DNA of 64,000 nt, taken from positions 5,890,001 to 5,954,000 of the forward strand of contig NC_089429.1 in assembly GCF_026210795.1 (NCBI RefSeq), given 5' to 3'. This DNA comes from Rhizophagus irregularis (Eukaryota). Shown one piece after another: positions 40,076 to 52,881 of this stretch (positions within the stretch are counted from its first letter, which is position 1; each line of letters opens with the position of its first letter). The notes below the pieces were generated by a model that ran no database searches, was not told the origin of the DNA, and saw nothing but the letters and a program-made list of their open reading frames with translations. Both the position numbers and the translations under genes were made by a program.

Positions 40076-40263
40076 TAAAATTGTAATTTAATTTATAATT
40101 TAAAAACTAATAATTAATTTTTTTCGATCATGATGTGGTAAGATCAACGCAAAAAAAAGGGATAAAAAAAATTTTTTTTTTTTATTCAATTAATTATTTC
40201 TTTTTTTTTTTATATTTAGATATTTGTTTTTTTTTTGACTTGCATTTTTTAACTATCATTAAA

Positions 40264-41560
40264 ATGTCTTCTCAAGATTTTGATAAAGAACAAGGAATTC
40301 GTAAAAAAGGCTCGCTTATTAAACATTGGCAGCCATCGCAACCGCAATATCAACAACCTCAGTCTCAACAACCGCAACAATCTCAACCCCAAACTCTATT
40401 TCAGTGGCCGCGACAACCTCAACAATTTCAACAATCTCAACCTCAACAATTTCAATGGCCGCAACCACCTCAATCTCAATGGCCTCAACAACCTCAACAA
40501 CCTCAACAACCTTCAATGGTCGCAACAACTTCAACAATCTCAACCTTAATGGTCGCAACACCTCAATAGCTATAAGAGTATCAATCGTCGCCGCTACCTC
40601 AATCATCGCTCTATCATCTATCATCGCCTCAAATTGGTCAAGAAGAAATAGGTGACTTATAGTTGATATTCAGTATTCTTTCTTTTTATGATATGAATAA
40701 TTCACTTACCTTGATATCTATCTAATAATTGTAGACGAAATGTTAAAAAAGAAAGAATTGAGAACATAACGAGTAAAGCGTCAGATCATCTTGCAATTAA
40801 GTAGTCGGTTTGGGCTTGTTTTCCTGAATACGTCAATATGGTTGCCGGAAGGCAATATAAGAAAAGCCAAAGTCCTATATTATCAACAACTCCGATGGAA
40901 TCTTCTCCGGCTAGTTCTCCATATTGTTCTCCGCGTTTGGAAAATGCACAAACACGTACTCCCAAGGTAAATATATTTACGTATCATTATAATAAATCTG
41001 TAATATTTATAATTCATATATTTTGAACCTATTTTAATTTTTATTATAGAGACGAATTTGAACAACTACTATTAATTAATAATTGGAGTTACTTTGTTAA
41101 AGACCGTCACTACCCAGAAGTCCTTCCCAAGAGCAAAGATCTAGTGAATAAAGTCAGAAATAGATGAGCGAATTATTAGAAAGCAACGTTATAGTTCCCT
41201 CCCAAATGGGGATCAAACATCATATACGTTGAATTAAGAGCATTATTTCTTCGTACAGCATCTTGACCATTCTGCTAGGAATTTAAGAGGAGTGAATTGT
41301 GGCTGAATATAGGTAGCGCGTATCAAAATAGTAGTAGTATTGGCGCTAATTTTCGCAATCTTCCCCTTGAAGTTTTGGCTATATTTCGTCAGTGGTTAAC
41401 GTGTGTTTCAAATGAATTACCTGAAGAAATGAAAAAAGCTCTTCGAAATGTTGTTGGATTATATGTTTAATTAAAAAAAAGACGATAAGACAGCTCGTAG
41501 CTGAAAAAATAAATGTTGCAAGATCATTGGACTTATCTCGCTATTACATAGGCGCTGACG
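40264..41560 (+). pseudogene. Second copy of the Q/P-rich MSSQD family gene
   Basis: Mirror of 12555-13850. Confidence 0.6.
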
Positions 41561-43154
41561 TTCCATTGATAATGAAGAGAGTAGTAATGATGAAAGAAAA
41601 TCACGATTGCGAAATAAGGTATATTGTGTATTATATGTTTTTATTATTATATATATTTATACACGTGGAATTATCAGTTTTCACATCGTAACAATTTTTT
41701 AATATCTATAATTTTTCTGAAAAATCTTTTTTGAACGTAGGAGGGAAAGCAAAAAAAAAAACCATGGGGATGTCTTCATGATATACCGCTTCGATATTAG
41801 CGATATCAAGATTTTTTTTGATTAATTGTAGGTTTATATCACGTGAAGTTCAATATTCAAGGAAATTTTGTAATATACCACATGATGCTTTTAGTAATAA
41901 AATAAACAAAAGTCTAATTTTTTGCAAATTAATTTTTTTTTGTTATAATTAAGGATGACGGTTATGATATTGCGAACATTACGAATTATGATGTCTAAAT
42001 TTTCGCAATTTCGCAACCGCATTTATTCTGCAACGTTACAATTATTCTGCAATACCATAATTAATCACAGTTAATTTGCAATATCGTGATTAATTAAACT
42101 GGAGGTAATCACCAAATAAAAGCAAAGACAAAATTACGAACATACATCAATTCAAAATTTTAACAAAAAAAACAACAAATTGGAAAAGAGATATTTTGAT
42201 GCTATTGACCGTTCGGTTACTAAAGCTTTTGATATGAGTATTGAGTAGCATCCCATTTAGTGTTATTGAAAACCTTGGTTTATTGATATGATTAAAACTT
42301 TACAACCAGCGTACAACCTACTACCAACTCGACAAATTTTAAGTGGAACGTTATTACAAGCTGAATTGGCTCGTGTAAATTTACGAATCTATAATGAATT
42401 AGCTAAGGAAACTAATTGTACGATTGGTAAATTTCATTATTATTTCTTTATTAATATTCTGATTTTAATTTTGTTTCTTCTATTTGTTATCTATTCTAAG
42501 ATTCACATGATCATTTTATCAGCTTTATGGGACCACACCGCCGAATTATCTCTCAAAATCATCCATCAATTCTTGATATACGGTGCATTGCGCGCTGCGT
42601 TAATTTAATCAGTTCTGACATGATTAAATGCGCAAATGTAATCTCACAAGATTTTTCAAAAATTCGGCTATAGGCGCGGCATTACTTAAAGCGCTATTCA
42701 ATTAAAAAATATACAAGGAGGAGGTCTAAAATCGTACGTGGAGACAAGGTGGATGACGGTGTATGAATGCACAAGCTCAATCTGGCGTTAAAAGATGCTT
42801 TGCAACATTGTATTCTCTAAGTCTATTAAGAAGAAGTTACTTTTTGAGATAACTAATGTATATTACTTAAAAATATTACTTAATTGAATTCTAGATAATC
42901 ACAAATAAAATCAATATTGAGAAATCATGGATTTTTTGACGATATTCGTATGTTTTAAGGATGCAATGTTAAAATTAGAAGGTAAAACGCAACTCTATCA
43001 GTAATAGCTTCTCAAAATCGCATAAAATATCAGAATTTTATTTTATTAATATGACAGCACGTTATACATTTAAAAGTTTTTTATTAATTTGTAAAAAAAT
43101 AAAGTTTAATATTTACGGTATTGCGGATGAGTTGCAATACCACAAATGAGTTGC

Positions 43155-43755
43155 GGCAATGAAGTGACAATATCAAATCAATATCGTAAATACTTTTTTT
43201 TTTATTTGAAATTACCGACATCGTAATGATATCAAGACTGTGCCGATTAGATATTTTTGAATAGATATTGTCATGATATCTCGGCGATAAATTGGGGATG
43301 AAGTGACGATATCAAATCAATATCGCAAATACTACATCTTTTTTTTTGAAATTACTGACATCGTAATGATATCAAGACTGTGCCGATTTGATATTCTTTT
43401 GAATAGATATCATCACGATATTTTCGCGATAAATTATGGTGATAATGTGACGATATCATATCAATATCGTAAATACATCTTTTTTCTCCCTGAAATTAAC
43501 AATATCGTAACGATATCAAGACTATACCGATCAGATATTCTTTTAAATAAATGTTGTCCCGATATTTTCGCGATAAATTATGGTGATGAAGTGACGATAT
43601 CAAATCAATATCGAAAATACTACATCTTTTTTTTTGAAATTACTGACATCGTAATGATATCAAGACTGTGCCGATTTGATATTCTTTTAAATAGATATCG
43701 CCACGATATTTTCGCGATAAATTATGGTGATGAAGTAACGATATCGAATCAACAT
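43155..43755. repeat. Mirror of the 145 bp subterminal array
   Basis: Explains the repetitive spurious ORF 43303-43797. Confidence 0.9.
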
Positions 43756-43858
43756 TATAACAATATCATCACGGAAATTGATACCATTATGACATGAAAT
43801 TTATATCGTATCCATATCAATTCAACATCGCTCAAATTTTCAAGGTTTCTGTAAAGTA

Positions 43859-44560
43859 TATTCTCCCGATTGGCTTTGTCCACAATGCAACTCAGCTCCT
43901 GAAGATTTGAATCATCTTTGGACTTGTCCTTATATTCTTCCAGATTTAAATCCGTGTTTGACACATCGTTCTGAAATTATCAAATTCAGAGATTCCTGTT
44001 TATCTTCGTTCTCATCTCTGAAACCTCTGGATATTACCTTCCAAACTGGATTCTCTGCTCTAGATTGTTGGAACTATGAATCTCCTTCTCCGTCCTGTCT
44101 TTGGCTTACTAGAGGATTATTACCTGCGCATTTAACAGCATTTTTACATCAACAATTTCCTCTCTTTGTCATATATAAGATTATTTCTCCTCTTCTTAAT
44201 GACTTCCAAGTCGCACTTTATGGTGAGATTTGGTTGTGTTGGAATGTTCTTTTCCATGCTTGGGAGGAGTCACAGGGTATCTCGGCTGCTTCCAAATTAC
44301 GTGGCCTGTCTATAAATTTCTCTTCTTTTGCTACTTCTTCTTCACAAAAACACAACTCTTCTTTGGCGACAGTTTCTCAGGATTCCTGGATTTCTTGGAT
44401 ATCCTCTTCTATAATTCGGAGTGGATCATGGATCTCGCACTTGGATTTTCTGCGCCGCTTAACAGTTCAACCTCTTAGGATTTCTTTCTGGTAACGGACT
44501 GGATTTTTGGATGTTGAATAGTTGACTCACACTGGCCTTCGGGTAAAGTTGGGGTATGCG
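43859..44560 (+). mobile_element. 3' remnant of a non-LTR retrotransposon (C-terminal CCHC zinc knuckle region and 3' UTR)
   Basis: YSPDWLCPQCNSAPEDLNHLWTCP (Cx2C-x8-H-x3-C), then YGEIW..WE; ORF ends at 44494. Cut at its 5' side by the transposon terminus. Confidence 0.75.
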
Positions 44561-44750
44561 ATTCTGTAATAGTTTAGTTTTTCTTTGCTTTAATTTTATT
44601 TTAGTTTAGATTTCTTTACTTGTATGAGTCGTAAAGCTACTCTTTTTATTTTTTATTAGTTTATTTTCTTATTTTTGTAATATTGTTCGATTACGTTTTC
44701 AAAATTTAAAATATGAATAAAAGATAAAGTCATAAGACTGTTTGCACAGA

Positions 44751-45763
44751 AAAAGGATAAAACTAAGGGTTGGTCACCCTATCTCGGTGGTTAGTCACTG
44801 AGACCCTCATTAAGCCTGAGTATGGTGAGGTCACAGGTTCGATTCCCATGACCACAGAAATAAAAAGAATTTTACTGCAGACGCTACAACCAATAGCGTG
44901 AAGGTACAGGGATTAGTGTAGTTAGACTGCATCATGGTGAATTAGTGTGTACGGTTAGGCCGCACATTTCAACTAAGGGTCATGGTGTCCTTCTAACGTT
45001 CCCTATGAGGCCATTGGCATGTGCGCAGTCCTGTCCTTGAGGTCACTACTATACCTTGGGGGGCTTCCTGTCCGGGTGGTCACTCTATGATACCGCTTGG
45101 AGTCAGTAATGGCTAGATAGTCATCCTAGATGGTAAAGCTGAGGGTGCAATGTCTTAGTGGTAGTTAGACCTTCTGTTAGGTCTTAGACCAACCAAGGTG
45201 TTCGTGCACAGAACAGGTAGCACGGCTATGGGGTTCAATTCCCACTCTCCTTGGGTCCTGGTTGGTGATCCCTGGTGGTTGATACCCACCATAAGGGGTG
45301 ATCCTGGACAGATGCCTGCTACTTCCTGTCCGAGTGGTCACTACAAAGTATACCACTTTGGGGTAAACAACTGTACTATCGGTGCTAGGTAATCGCAGGC
45401 TGTAGTGGCGCTTTGAGTGAGACTTAGTACCTAAAATGGTAGTATGGAAGGGTACTAGATGGTTGATGTTACCTGTCGAAAGTCCTCCATGAAAGTAGAT
45501 GCTCTCTAAAGGTCGTTAAATAAATTGAGTATCAGTATCATGCAATGGGTATAGGATGAGTAGGCGATGTGTACCTAGCTTCAGATCAGCCTAAAATGGC
45601 CCGATGGGAGATGTCTTCTATAGTGGTGCTGTTACCTGAGGAATTAAATACTCGGTATAATGGTTGCCCATTGAAGATGATAGGACACAGACCCGAGATT
45701 AGTCTCATAAGAGGCAATGGGTGGTCTGGCCGTAAATACTTGCAAAGGAAAAGGATAAAACTA
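44751..45763 (+). ncRNA. GC-rich structured 1 kb element with two tRNA-like modules; candidate composite tRNA-derived SINE
   Basis: Flanking direct repeat AAAAGGATAAAACTA at 44751-44765 and 45749-45763. B-box-like GGTTCGATTCC (~44836) and GGTTCAATTCC (~45232). Three TCCTGT-hairpin modules. No credible ORF. Confidence 0.5.
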
Positions 45764-45799
45764 CCACCATTCGATTCGTCTCAGTGAGACGATTCTAAT

Positions 45800-47250
45800 A
45801 AGCTATGATATATCTTTGTACGATTATTAGATGCCAAGTTATTTAATATATTCTTTATATAACTGTGATTATAAATGGTTTTTTTTAATATAAGATTTTT
45901 GAGGATAGGTGTGATAGTGACTATAGATAGATTGTGACTATATAGGATAGATTTTAATAATAAAGTGTTTTGAACATTCAACTGGTGTGACTATATAGTA
46001 GAATGTGACTATAACGGGAGTGACTATAGAGGGAGTTGACTGTATAGCAGTACCAATCTAGAGTTTTGCCATCAATATTGTAAATTTTACCTATAAGATT
46101 GTTAAGATCGTCCCATTTTTCTAGGTAAATTACAAGTTTGCACTTTCTCTCTTCTGTTGTTATAACTTTAAAAGCTTTAAACCAGAAATCGCTATTAAAG
46201 TCCGATGGATTTGGTTTTGAAAAAACAGTATTGCAGCTGTCATTGAATCTGGGATATCATAGAGAACTGCTTGAAATCTCTCTCTTTCTTTTCTTTCATA
46301 GAGAAACCAGGTGGCAGGGAACCACCTCATTGGAATGTTCCTTAATGGTACTGTCCAGGCTCCACTATTTCATGTTTGCTTGCAAAGTTGGTTCATCTTC
46401 AATTTAAATCTAATGGTACTATATTTCTTTTACTAAGTAATCTTAATATTAATGGAGATAATTTTACTCCAGGCTTCCAGGTGATGTAATAACTCTATAT
46501 TTTTCAGGTTGAAGGAATATTGTATAGAATGATATCATTAATATTGGCTAACGCTAGTCCTGTTGGTTGATATCCTGTTATTATATACATCGCCTCTTCT
46601 TCTGTACCTTTACCATTTTTGGTTTTTTTCTCCTTTATAATACTGAAGTATTAGTTTTAGCTTAGATATAGATCTGCTCGCCTCTAAGTCCTCAAGGTTG
46701 CTTTATAAGAAAAGCTTTTTCTGTTCTAGGAAGGCTTTATTGATAAAAAAATCAGCTGTCTCAGCTTTTTGTTTAAGCTTTTTGTCCTTCTTACCATCTT
46801 ACGTTTTCGTCTAGAAGGCATTTGAGGTGGTGTGGTTATTTTCTTTGTGAGAGGTAATACAAGTTGTGATTAGTGCGATGTATTGTCAGAAATTACTATA
46901 TCTATAAAGTCTGAGTCTTCATCAGCTGAATCTGTGTCATTATGATCGAGTTCAAAACTCATATCATTCTTTTCTTGTTGATCCTGTTCTATCTGGAAAC
47001 TTCCAGCAATTTTCAAGTAAACATGTTGAAAGGCTGTAATTCCAGCACTAATAGAGAAGTTTTTGAAGAACATGAGTACACGATAAAAAATATTATTTTT
47101 TATATTGTCATCAGTGTTTGAGCTAGAGGTACTAGGCTCTTCTATAAAGGTCTTTAGTATAGTACTAAAGTCTTCTTGTAAAATGTCTAGCGTTACTTGT
47201 TTATATAGAAGTTTTTTTACTTCTTTTTCAACTTTGTCAGTATTGTTATC
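45800..47250 (-). pseudogene. Heavily decayed retroelement ORF1-like remnant
   Basis: Fragments such as IIITGYQP..INDIILYNIPST and an R/S-rich stretch near 46000; many stops. Confidence 0.4.
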
Positions 47251-48267
47251 CTGTCAACGATTAAAGCCGACTGAAAAACTTTAACGCTTTAACAGGTTAA
47301 CTGGAGTTTAACTTAATAGGAGAGTCTTAAGTTGATCACAAATAATCACGTGAAATAACGTTGGATGTTCAGTTAAAGAAAATAGGTTTTTATTAAAATA
47401 ATGTGAGATTTTGAATACAACGAAAAATATAGATAATCTCTTAGTTGCGAAATTAACTATCTTGAATTATACTACTGGGAATAATACTCTTTTCGTATAA
47501 CTCGAAAACTACAATACAATTTTTAACTAACTAACTGACCTCCCCTTCTACTTGGTAAAATCCTATTACTATTTATAATAAAATAAAAATCAAGAATATT
47601 TGATAAAATAAATAAAACAAATATAATAAATAAATAAAATAAATAAAATAAAATAAATATATCAAATAAATAAAATATAACAAATAAAATAAATAAAATA
47701 AATAAATCAAATATATCAAGAAAATCGAAAAAATCAAGGGATCTACGAAATGATCTACAAAATTGATCTACATAAAATTACTGCGCCACATTTCTATTTT
47801 AACAGTATAAATATCAACAGCTATGTCTATTACTGATATGGTTGTGAAGCTAAAATGTTGAACTCTTTAAAAATGTTGTTTGTTTCTTACTTGTGTCAAC
47901 TTTTCCTAAGTGCTTTTGTCGAAAAACTATTTCTGCTTTCTATGTAAAATTTTAAAAATGAGATCTATAAGAAAAAGTTCTTTCCTATATGATATATTAA
48001 TAAAATTATATATATTAATTATAAATTAAAATTTTGAACTAATAAATTTGAATTAAAATCTTTTTTTTTATTTAGTTTTTAAATAAAATTATCAAGTCTA
48101 ATTACTTATTCATTAACCATTTATTATATTATTTAATTATCTTTAAACATTAATTTAAAGTAATATCAGAAAAATTACTCTTTTTATAAAAAAATAAGTG
48201 ATAATTATATTGTTGTGATTTTCAAATTGGTGTGATCGGCAAATTTTTTTAATAAATATATATCAGC

Positions 48268-50455
48268 TGTGGAATTATTACGAAAAATGATCATGTGGAC
48301 ATATAAACTATAAATGTTATTTGATCTACACAATACTAAGCTAACACTGTATTATGTTTAAAAGATTTTTTACTGTTGTAAGCAGCCAAATACTAAGCAT
48401 AGATAAATAATATACCAAATAGATTAGATCACGTGATAAAAGTCATATGATAAAAGTCATGTGATATAGGGGAATGATAGTAAGTCACGTTGTAGCCATA
48501 GATACTGGAGTAATCGCATAATATGGAGGAATAATATGGAATAAAAGATCAAACGATAGAAAGTCACATGATGGGATAAAATTAACCGGAAAGGATAAAC
48601 TTTTAGGAGAAGGAATGATCTACATGATGTAATGTTTATTAAATGATTAACGGAGAACCAATAGATCAAGTGGGGAGTTGATCGATGTGGCTTAGCAACC
48701 AGTTTATCAAGTTCAACAATAGGAACAATTAGGAGGAGTAATCATAAGCCACAAATGGTAAATCATATAAAAAGGAAGGATAGCGAATTAAAGGAACAAA
48801 AAAAATAGGAACATGTAAAATATTGATGAACTGCAGCCGCAGTAGAAGAATAGCTGACGAGACGCAGTAGAAAAGATAAACAGCCACAAAAGATGGATCT
48901 TTACAATATAATATTTGAAAGATTATTTTATTTTAAAGAAAAGATAGCACAGCCACAAAAGATGGATCTTTACAATATAATATTTGAAAGATTATTTTAT
49001 TTTAAAGAAAAGATAGCACAGCCATAAAAGATGGATCTTTACGATATAATATTTGAAAGATTACTTTATTTTAAAGAAAAGATAGCACAGCCACAAAAGA
49101 TGGATTATATCTTTACAACATAATATGCGAAAGATTATTTTAAAGAAAAGATAGCATATTAAAATAGTATAACATATTAGAAAAGATAACATATAAAATA
49201 GCATATAAGATAGCGCATAAAAGATAACATATAAAATATTAGAAAGAAATAAGAAGTAGGAAAAGAAAGAATAAGAAAGTTGGTTTAAATAGGAGCGGAA
49301 TGGGAAGTGAATTCCACAGTCGTTAGATACGATGTAAAACTTTAAGTAAATTAGTTAATTGTGAATTTTATGAAGAAATAAAATACCCTTTGATATGAAA
49401 ATTAATTGTTTCGATTGTTTTTGTTACTATTTTCTTATGATGAAAAAGTAATTTTGTTTAATTAATTGTTAGTAAAGCGTAATGTTATTTTAAAGGTAAT
49501 AGGTTCGCCCTAAACTTTACTGTAATGTTCGCTTAATTAATTTTAATTGGACAAATTCATGGTGAATTTAATGTCATAACAAGAATTATGAAATGAATAA
49601 AATATAAACTTTTGTAAAGAGAACTATCGTATTTTGAAAGAAGATAATGGATGAAATATCATGGCGAGAGCTATCGCAATTTGAAAGTCAAGTAGTAATA
49701 AAACTAAACCAAGCAAGAATATTAATGTTTCGTGGAATACATAACAGAAGCAGGGAACGTTGTTTACCGCCGGGTGGCAGACGGGGGTGACAACGTGATA
49801 ATAGGTCACATAATATAATGTAATATTTAGATATAATATCTATTTATAGATTAAAGATGATGTAATATTTATCAAAAGAAAAAATAAAAGAAAAGAAAAG
49901 ACATAAGAAAGGAAAAGATAAAAGAAAAGAAAAGAATATTTTTAGAGTACTTTTATAATTTTAGGGTAGTAAAATTAAATTTCAAAATATATAAATATAA
50001 GTGGAATTCAATAGGGATTCTGCAGTTCAGTGTAACTCAATAAAATATTAATTATTAAAAGTTATTTTGAATATACTTATAGTTTACCTAAGTTTTAATT
50101 AATGTTTAATTCCATAATAATAATCACAAGAAGAAATAAATATACACTTTGTAAGAAGAATTATCAAAGGTTAGAAGTTGAAATAAATATATACTTCGTA
50201 ATGAGAGCTATTGAAGTTTGAAAATTATTAATAAAAAAGATAAAATATGGGGAAAAATTCAGAGAAGTTAATTTGTTTTATATCTCTTGATGTTTTGTAT
50301 TACTAATGTAATTTATTTTATGTGAAATGTTGTTATTTGTTGATCAAAATTGATCGTTTGATCGTTTATTCATTTGATCATTTATTTATGAGAATACCGA
50401 TTTGATGTGATAACTCTTTATATTGATGAAAGAGGAAATCAGGAGATCTCACTGT
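48268..50455. repeat. Dispersed repeat related to 3800-4775; 48268-49318 is bounded by TGTGGAATT..AATTCCACA
   Basis: Colinear similarity to 3800-4775; 9-bp inverted TG..CA ends but no TSD. Confidence 0.65.
48881..49156. repeat. 69 bp tandem repeat x 4
   Basis: CAGCCAYAAAAGATGGAT starts at 48881, 48950, 49019 and 49088. Confidence 0.93.
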
Positions 50456-50581
50456 TTATTTCATATTTTCGCTAGCGATATAACTTGGTAGTTTTGATTC
50501 CTACGATTTCTATAATTGATTTCTATAATTAATTTCCAACTTTATTTCATGTAATTCTTATTATTACATTAGTGGTTACTA

Positions 50582-50762
50582 CAGTCTACCCTTGATATAG
50601 CGAAAAAACCGTTCTGCACCTCAAATTCGTTATAGCAAGTTAACGAAGAATTTGAAGAATTTGATTGGTTACTTCGTTATAGCGAGGGAAAATTGACATA
50701 TTTTATTGGCTAAGCATCATGTGATTCGTTATATAAAAATTCGCTATAGGAAGGGTAAACTG
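50582..50762. mobile_element. Tc1/mariner-pogo-type MITE, 181 bp
   Basis: TIR CAGTCTACCCTTGATATAGCGAA / CAGTTTACCCTTCCTATAGCGAA, with TA on both sides. Confidence 0.85.
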
Positions 50763-51743
50763 TATATTAAAAAGTGATCAAAACAAAAAATAATTGACCA
50801 TTAATTATTAGAAATAACTTTTTGAATATAATTTGTATGAGGGTTTTGGTTATTTTCAGTTATTTTCAGTTTTTTCATTATAAATGATTAACAAATTACC
50901 TGATCACACTAATTTGAAAATCACAATAATGTTAATCCAATTAATTGCATTATAAATGAATATGCAATATTGTAAAATTCCTTAGCACTTTTTTAAAAAA
51001 AAATGGCAGGTATTCTATAAAAGAAGTAGGATTATTCTTCAATTAAAGATATGGTATAATATATAACTAATCCATTATAGCAATAGATAGCTTCAGATTC
51101 TGAAAAGAGCAAGGATACCCACCATTAATTCAGAATGATTAATTACTAAATGAATATTTTAAGATGATAAAAATAGAATTAGAAAAATGACAAGCTTAGA
51201 AAAGACTTCTTTAATAGTTTCTCTAGGTTAAGGTAATAATTTAATGATGGATTATTATACAAGGCTTAAATGTATTGTGATGATTTAAAAAATAAGTTTA
51301 TTCATGGATTGCCACATGCTTTATATCACCTTCCGATTATTTGCCAATCATATAGTAATTTAGTGATATGTGACTTTAAAGCTCTAGCTAAAATCATAGA
51401 AGTTAGACCAAAACTTGAAACTTTTATAGGTTATAGTTTAACTGTTTTAAAACTAATGGCCAAAATAATCTGAACTAATTTTAGGTAATCCACGAGTTAT
51501 GGCCAAATTAATATTTGCAATTATATTAATTAAATTGATATAATTTATGTAATAAATATAAATTTTCAAAGCATCATTTTTCAATCCATTTTGCATGAGC
51601 ATGGTTAAAGAAAAATTATTTTGGTTTTATACATAGTGGAATTTGCAAGAAAGTAGCTCAATAATCATGTTTTTTATGAGATAATATCGAATAGATAATT
51701 GAAATGATCGGCAAAATGATCGGCAATAATGTGATAATATGAG

Positions 51744-51957
51744 TAGTGTTTGGATCCGAAGCGGTTTTATCCGGTTTTTATCCGGTATCCGTTTCGGTTA
51801 AGTCAGGATGGAACTATCAGAATTACCAATTTTTTGATTCATAATATATTAAATATTCTGGTCGAAATTATAGTCTATTCAGAACTGAGATTTACAATCT
51901 TTTTTCGGCAATAATCTCATTTAAAATATTTAAGATTTTATCCGGATCAAAACACTA
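51744..51957. mobile_element. hAT-type MITE, 214 bp
   Basis: TIR TAGTGTTT(G/T)GATCCG; perfect 8-bp TSD AATATGAG. Confidence 0.92.
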
Positions 51958-52881
51958 AATATGAGGATGTCCGCCCTGCTAACAATAAAATGGAAGCTAG
52001 ATTATGTGGCATAGACCTTCTATTAGATGAATTACTGGAAGACTCAATGCCACTGGAAAAACTTGCCGGATAATTTATTTTTTGTTCGAAGCAAGATATA
52101 GCATATAGAATATATTACTAAAATAAATGGTAACCGATCAAAAGTATTCATCTGATAGCAGGAAATTATCAGATATACGGAGAAATTGGCCCGGATATTT
52201 GGATAGATGGCAAAATGCAGAAGTGTTTAGCGTGCTTTCCGGGAAAAAATAGGGTGCCAGAGAAAATTTGAATAATTATTATTCCCAACATAAAAAGCTT
52301 AAGAGAAGATAATATGATGAAAGAAAATTCTGTAGATGAATTGAATGTTGTCATTGTAACGAAGAACCCATAAATAGTTACATATTATTTAGTCTTGTAC
52401 GGGTGCTTTGAATTTGAAGTTCTTAATCTCATGATGTTCATAATCTATCTTTCTATCTTGCACTAATTGTGCAGTATCTGGATACTTCGGACGAATTCTG
52501 GATGTCCAGTATACCAGAACCCTAAAGTGTAACCCACGATTTCACGCTGCAGAGATTGTCTTTTTGTGAACCAAAGGTGTAAAAGATGCCCATAGGTCGA
52601 CAAACATGCTACAAAGGTTATATTACATAATTTTTTAACAAAACTATTAAAATCGATCAGTTCTAGGTAAAATGTTACAGTTCTGATCCAAATTTATCTG
52701 TTATGCTAAGATTCTATGCAAGTCACATTTTACGAAATAAGGCACGTTATACGTGACTAATCAAACATCATAAATTAAAAAAAAAAATAGCTTATATAAT
52801 TCGAGTTTTATTTATATGAGGAATAATATATTTATAATTCTGACTGAAAGAAAAATAAAAAAAAAATTCACGAAATAAATC

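Larger units (their letters stand above)
36473..43862. repeat. Right arm of the 7.4 kb inverted duplication
   Basis: Reverse complement of 10247-17642, with a few transitions and homopolymer-length differences. Confidence 0.97.

Noticed and set aside
43303..43797. 164 aa repetitive ORF
   Set aside because: Translation of the 145 bp subterminal array.
10247..43862. Single 33.6 kb element with 7.4 kb TIRs (Maverick-like)
   Set aside because: The outer flanks do not rejoin into one sequence, the inner boundary falls mid-hAT at another terminus, and no polB, integrase or capsid genes are seen.
45141..45255. Functional tRNA gene (including tRNA-Sec)
   Set aside because: The T stem and acceptor stem compete for the same bases, and the anticodon loop is ambiguous with no TCA; treated as tRNA-like only.
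45478..45490. RNase MRP/P-like GAAAGTCC motif
   Set aside because: No matching 3' conserved region to form P4 was found.
51050..51700. Possible protein kinase pseudogene remnant on the minus strand
   Set aside because: Only vague fragments; no intact catalytic motifs.
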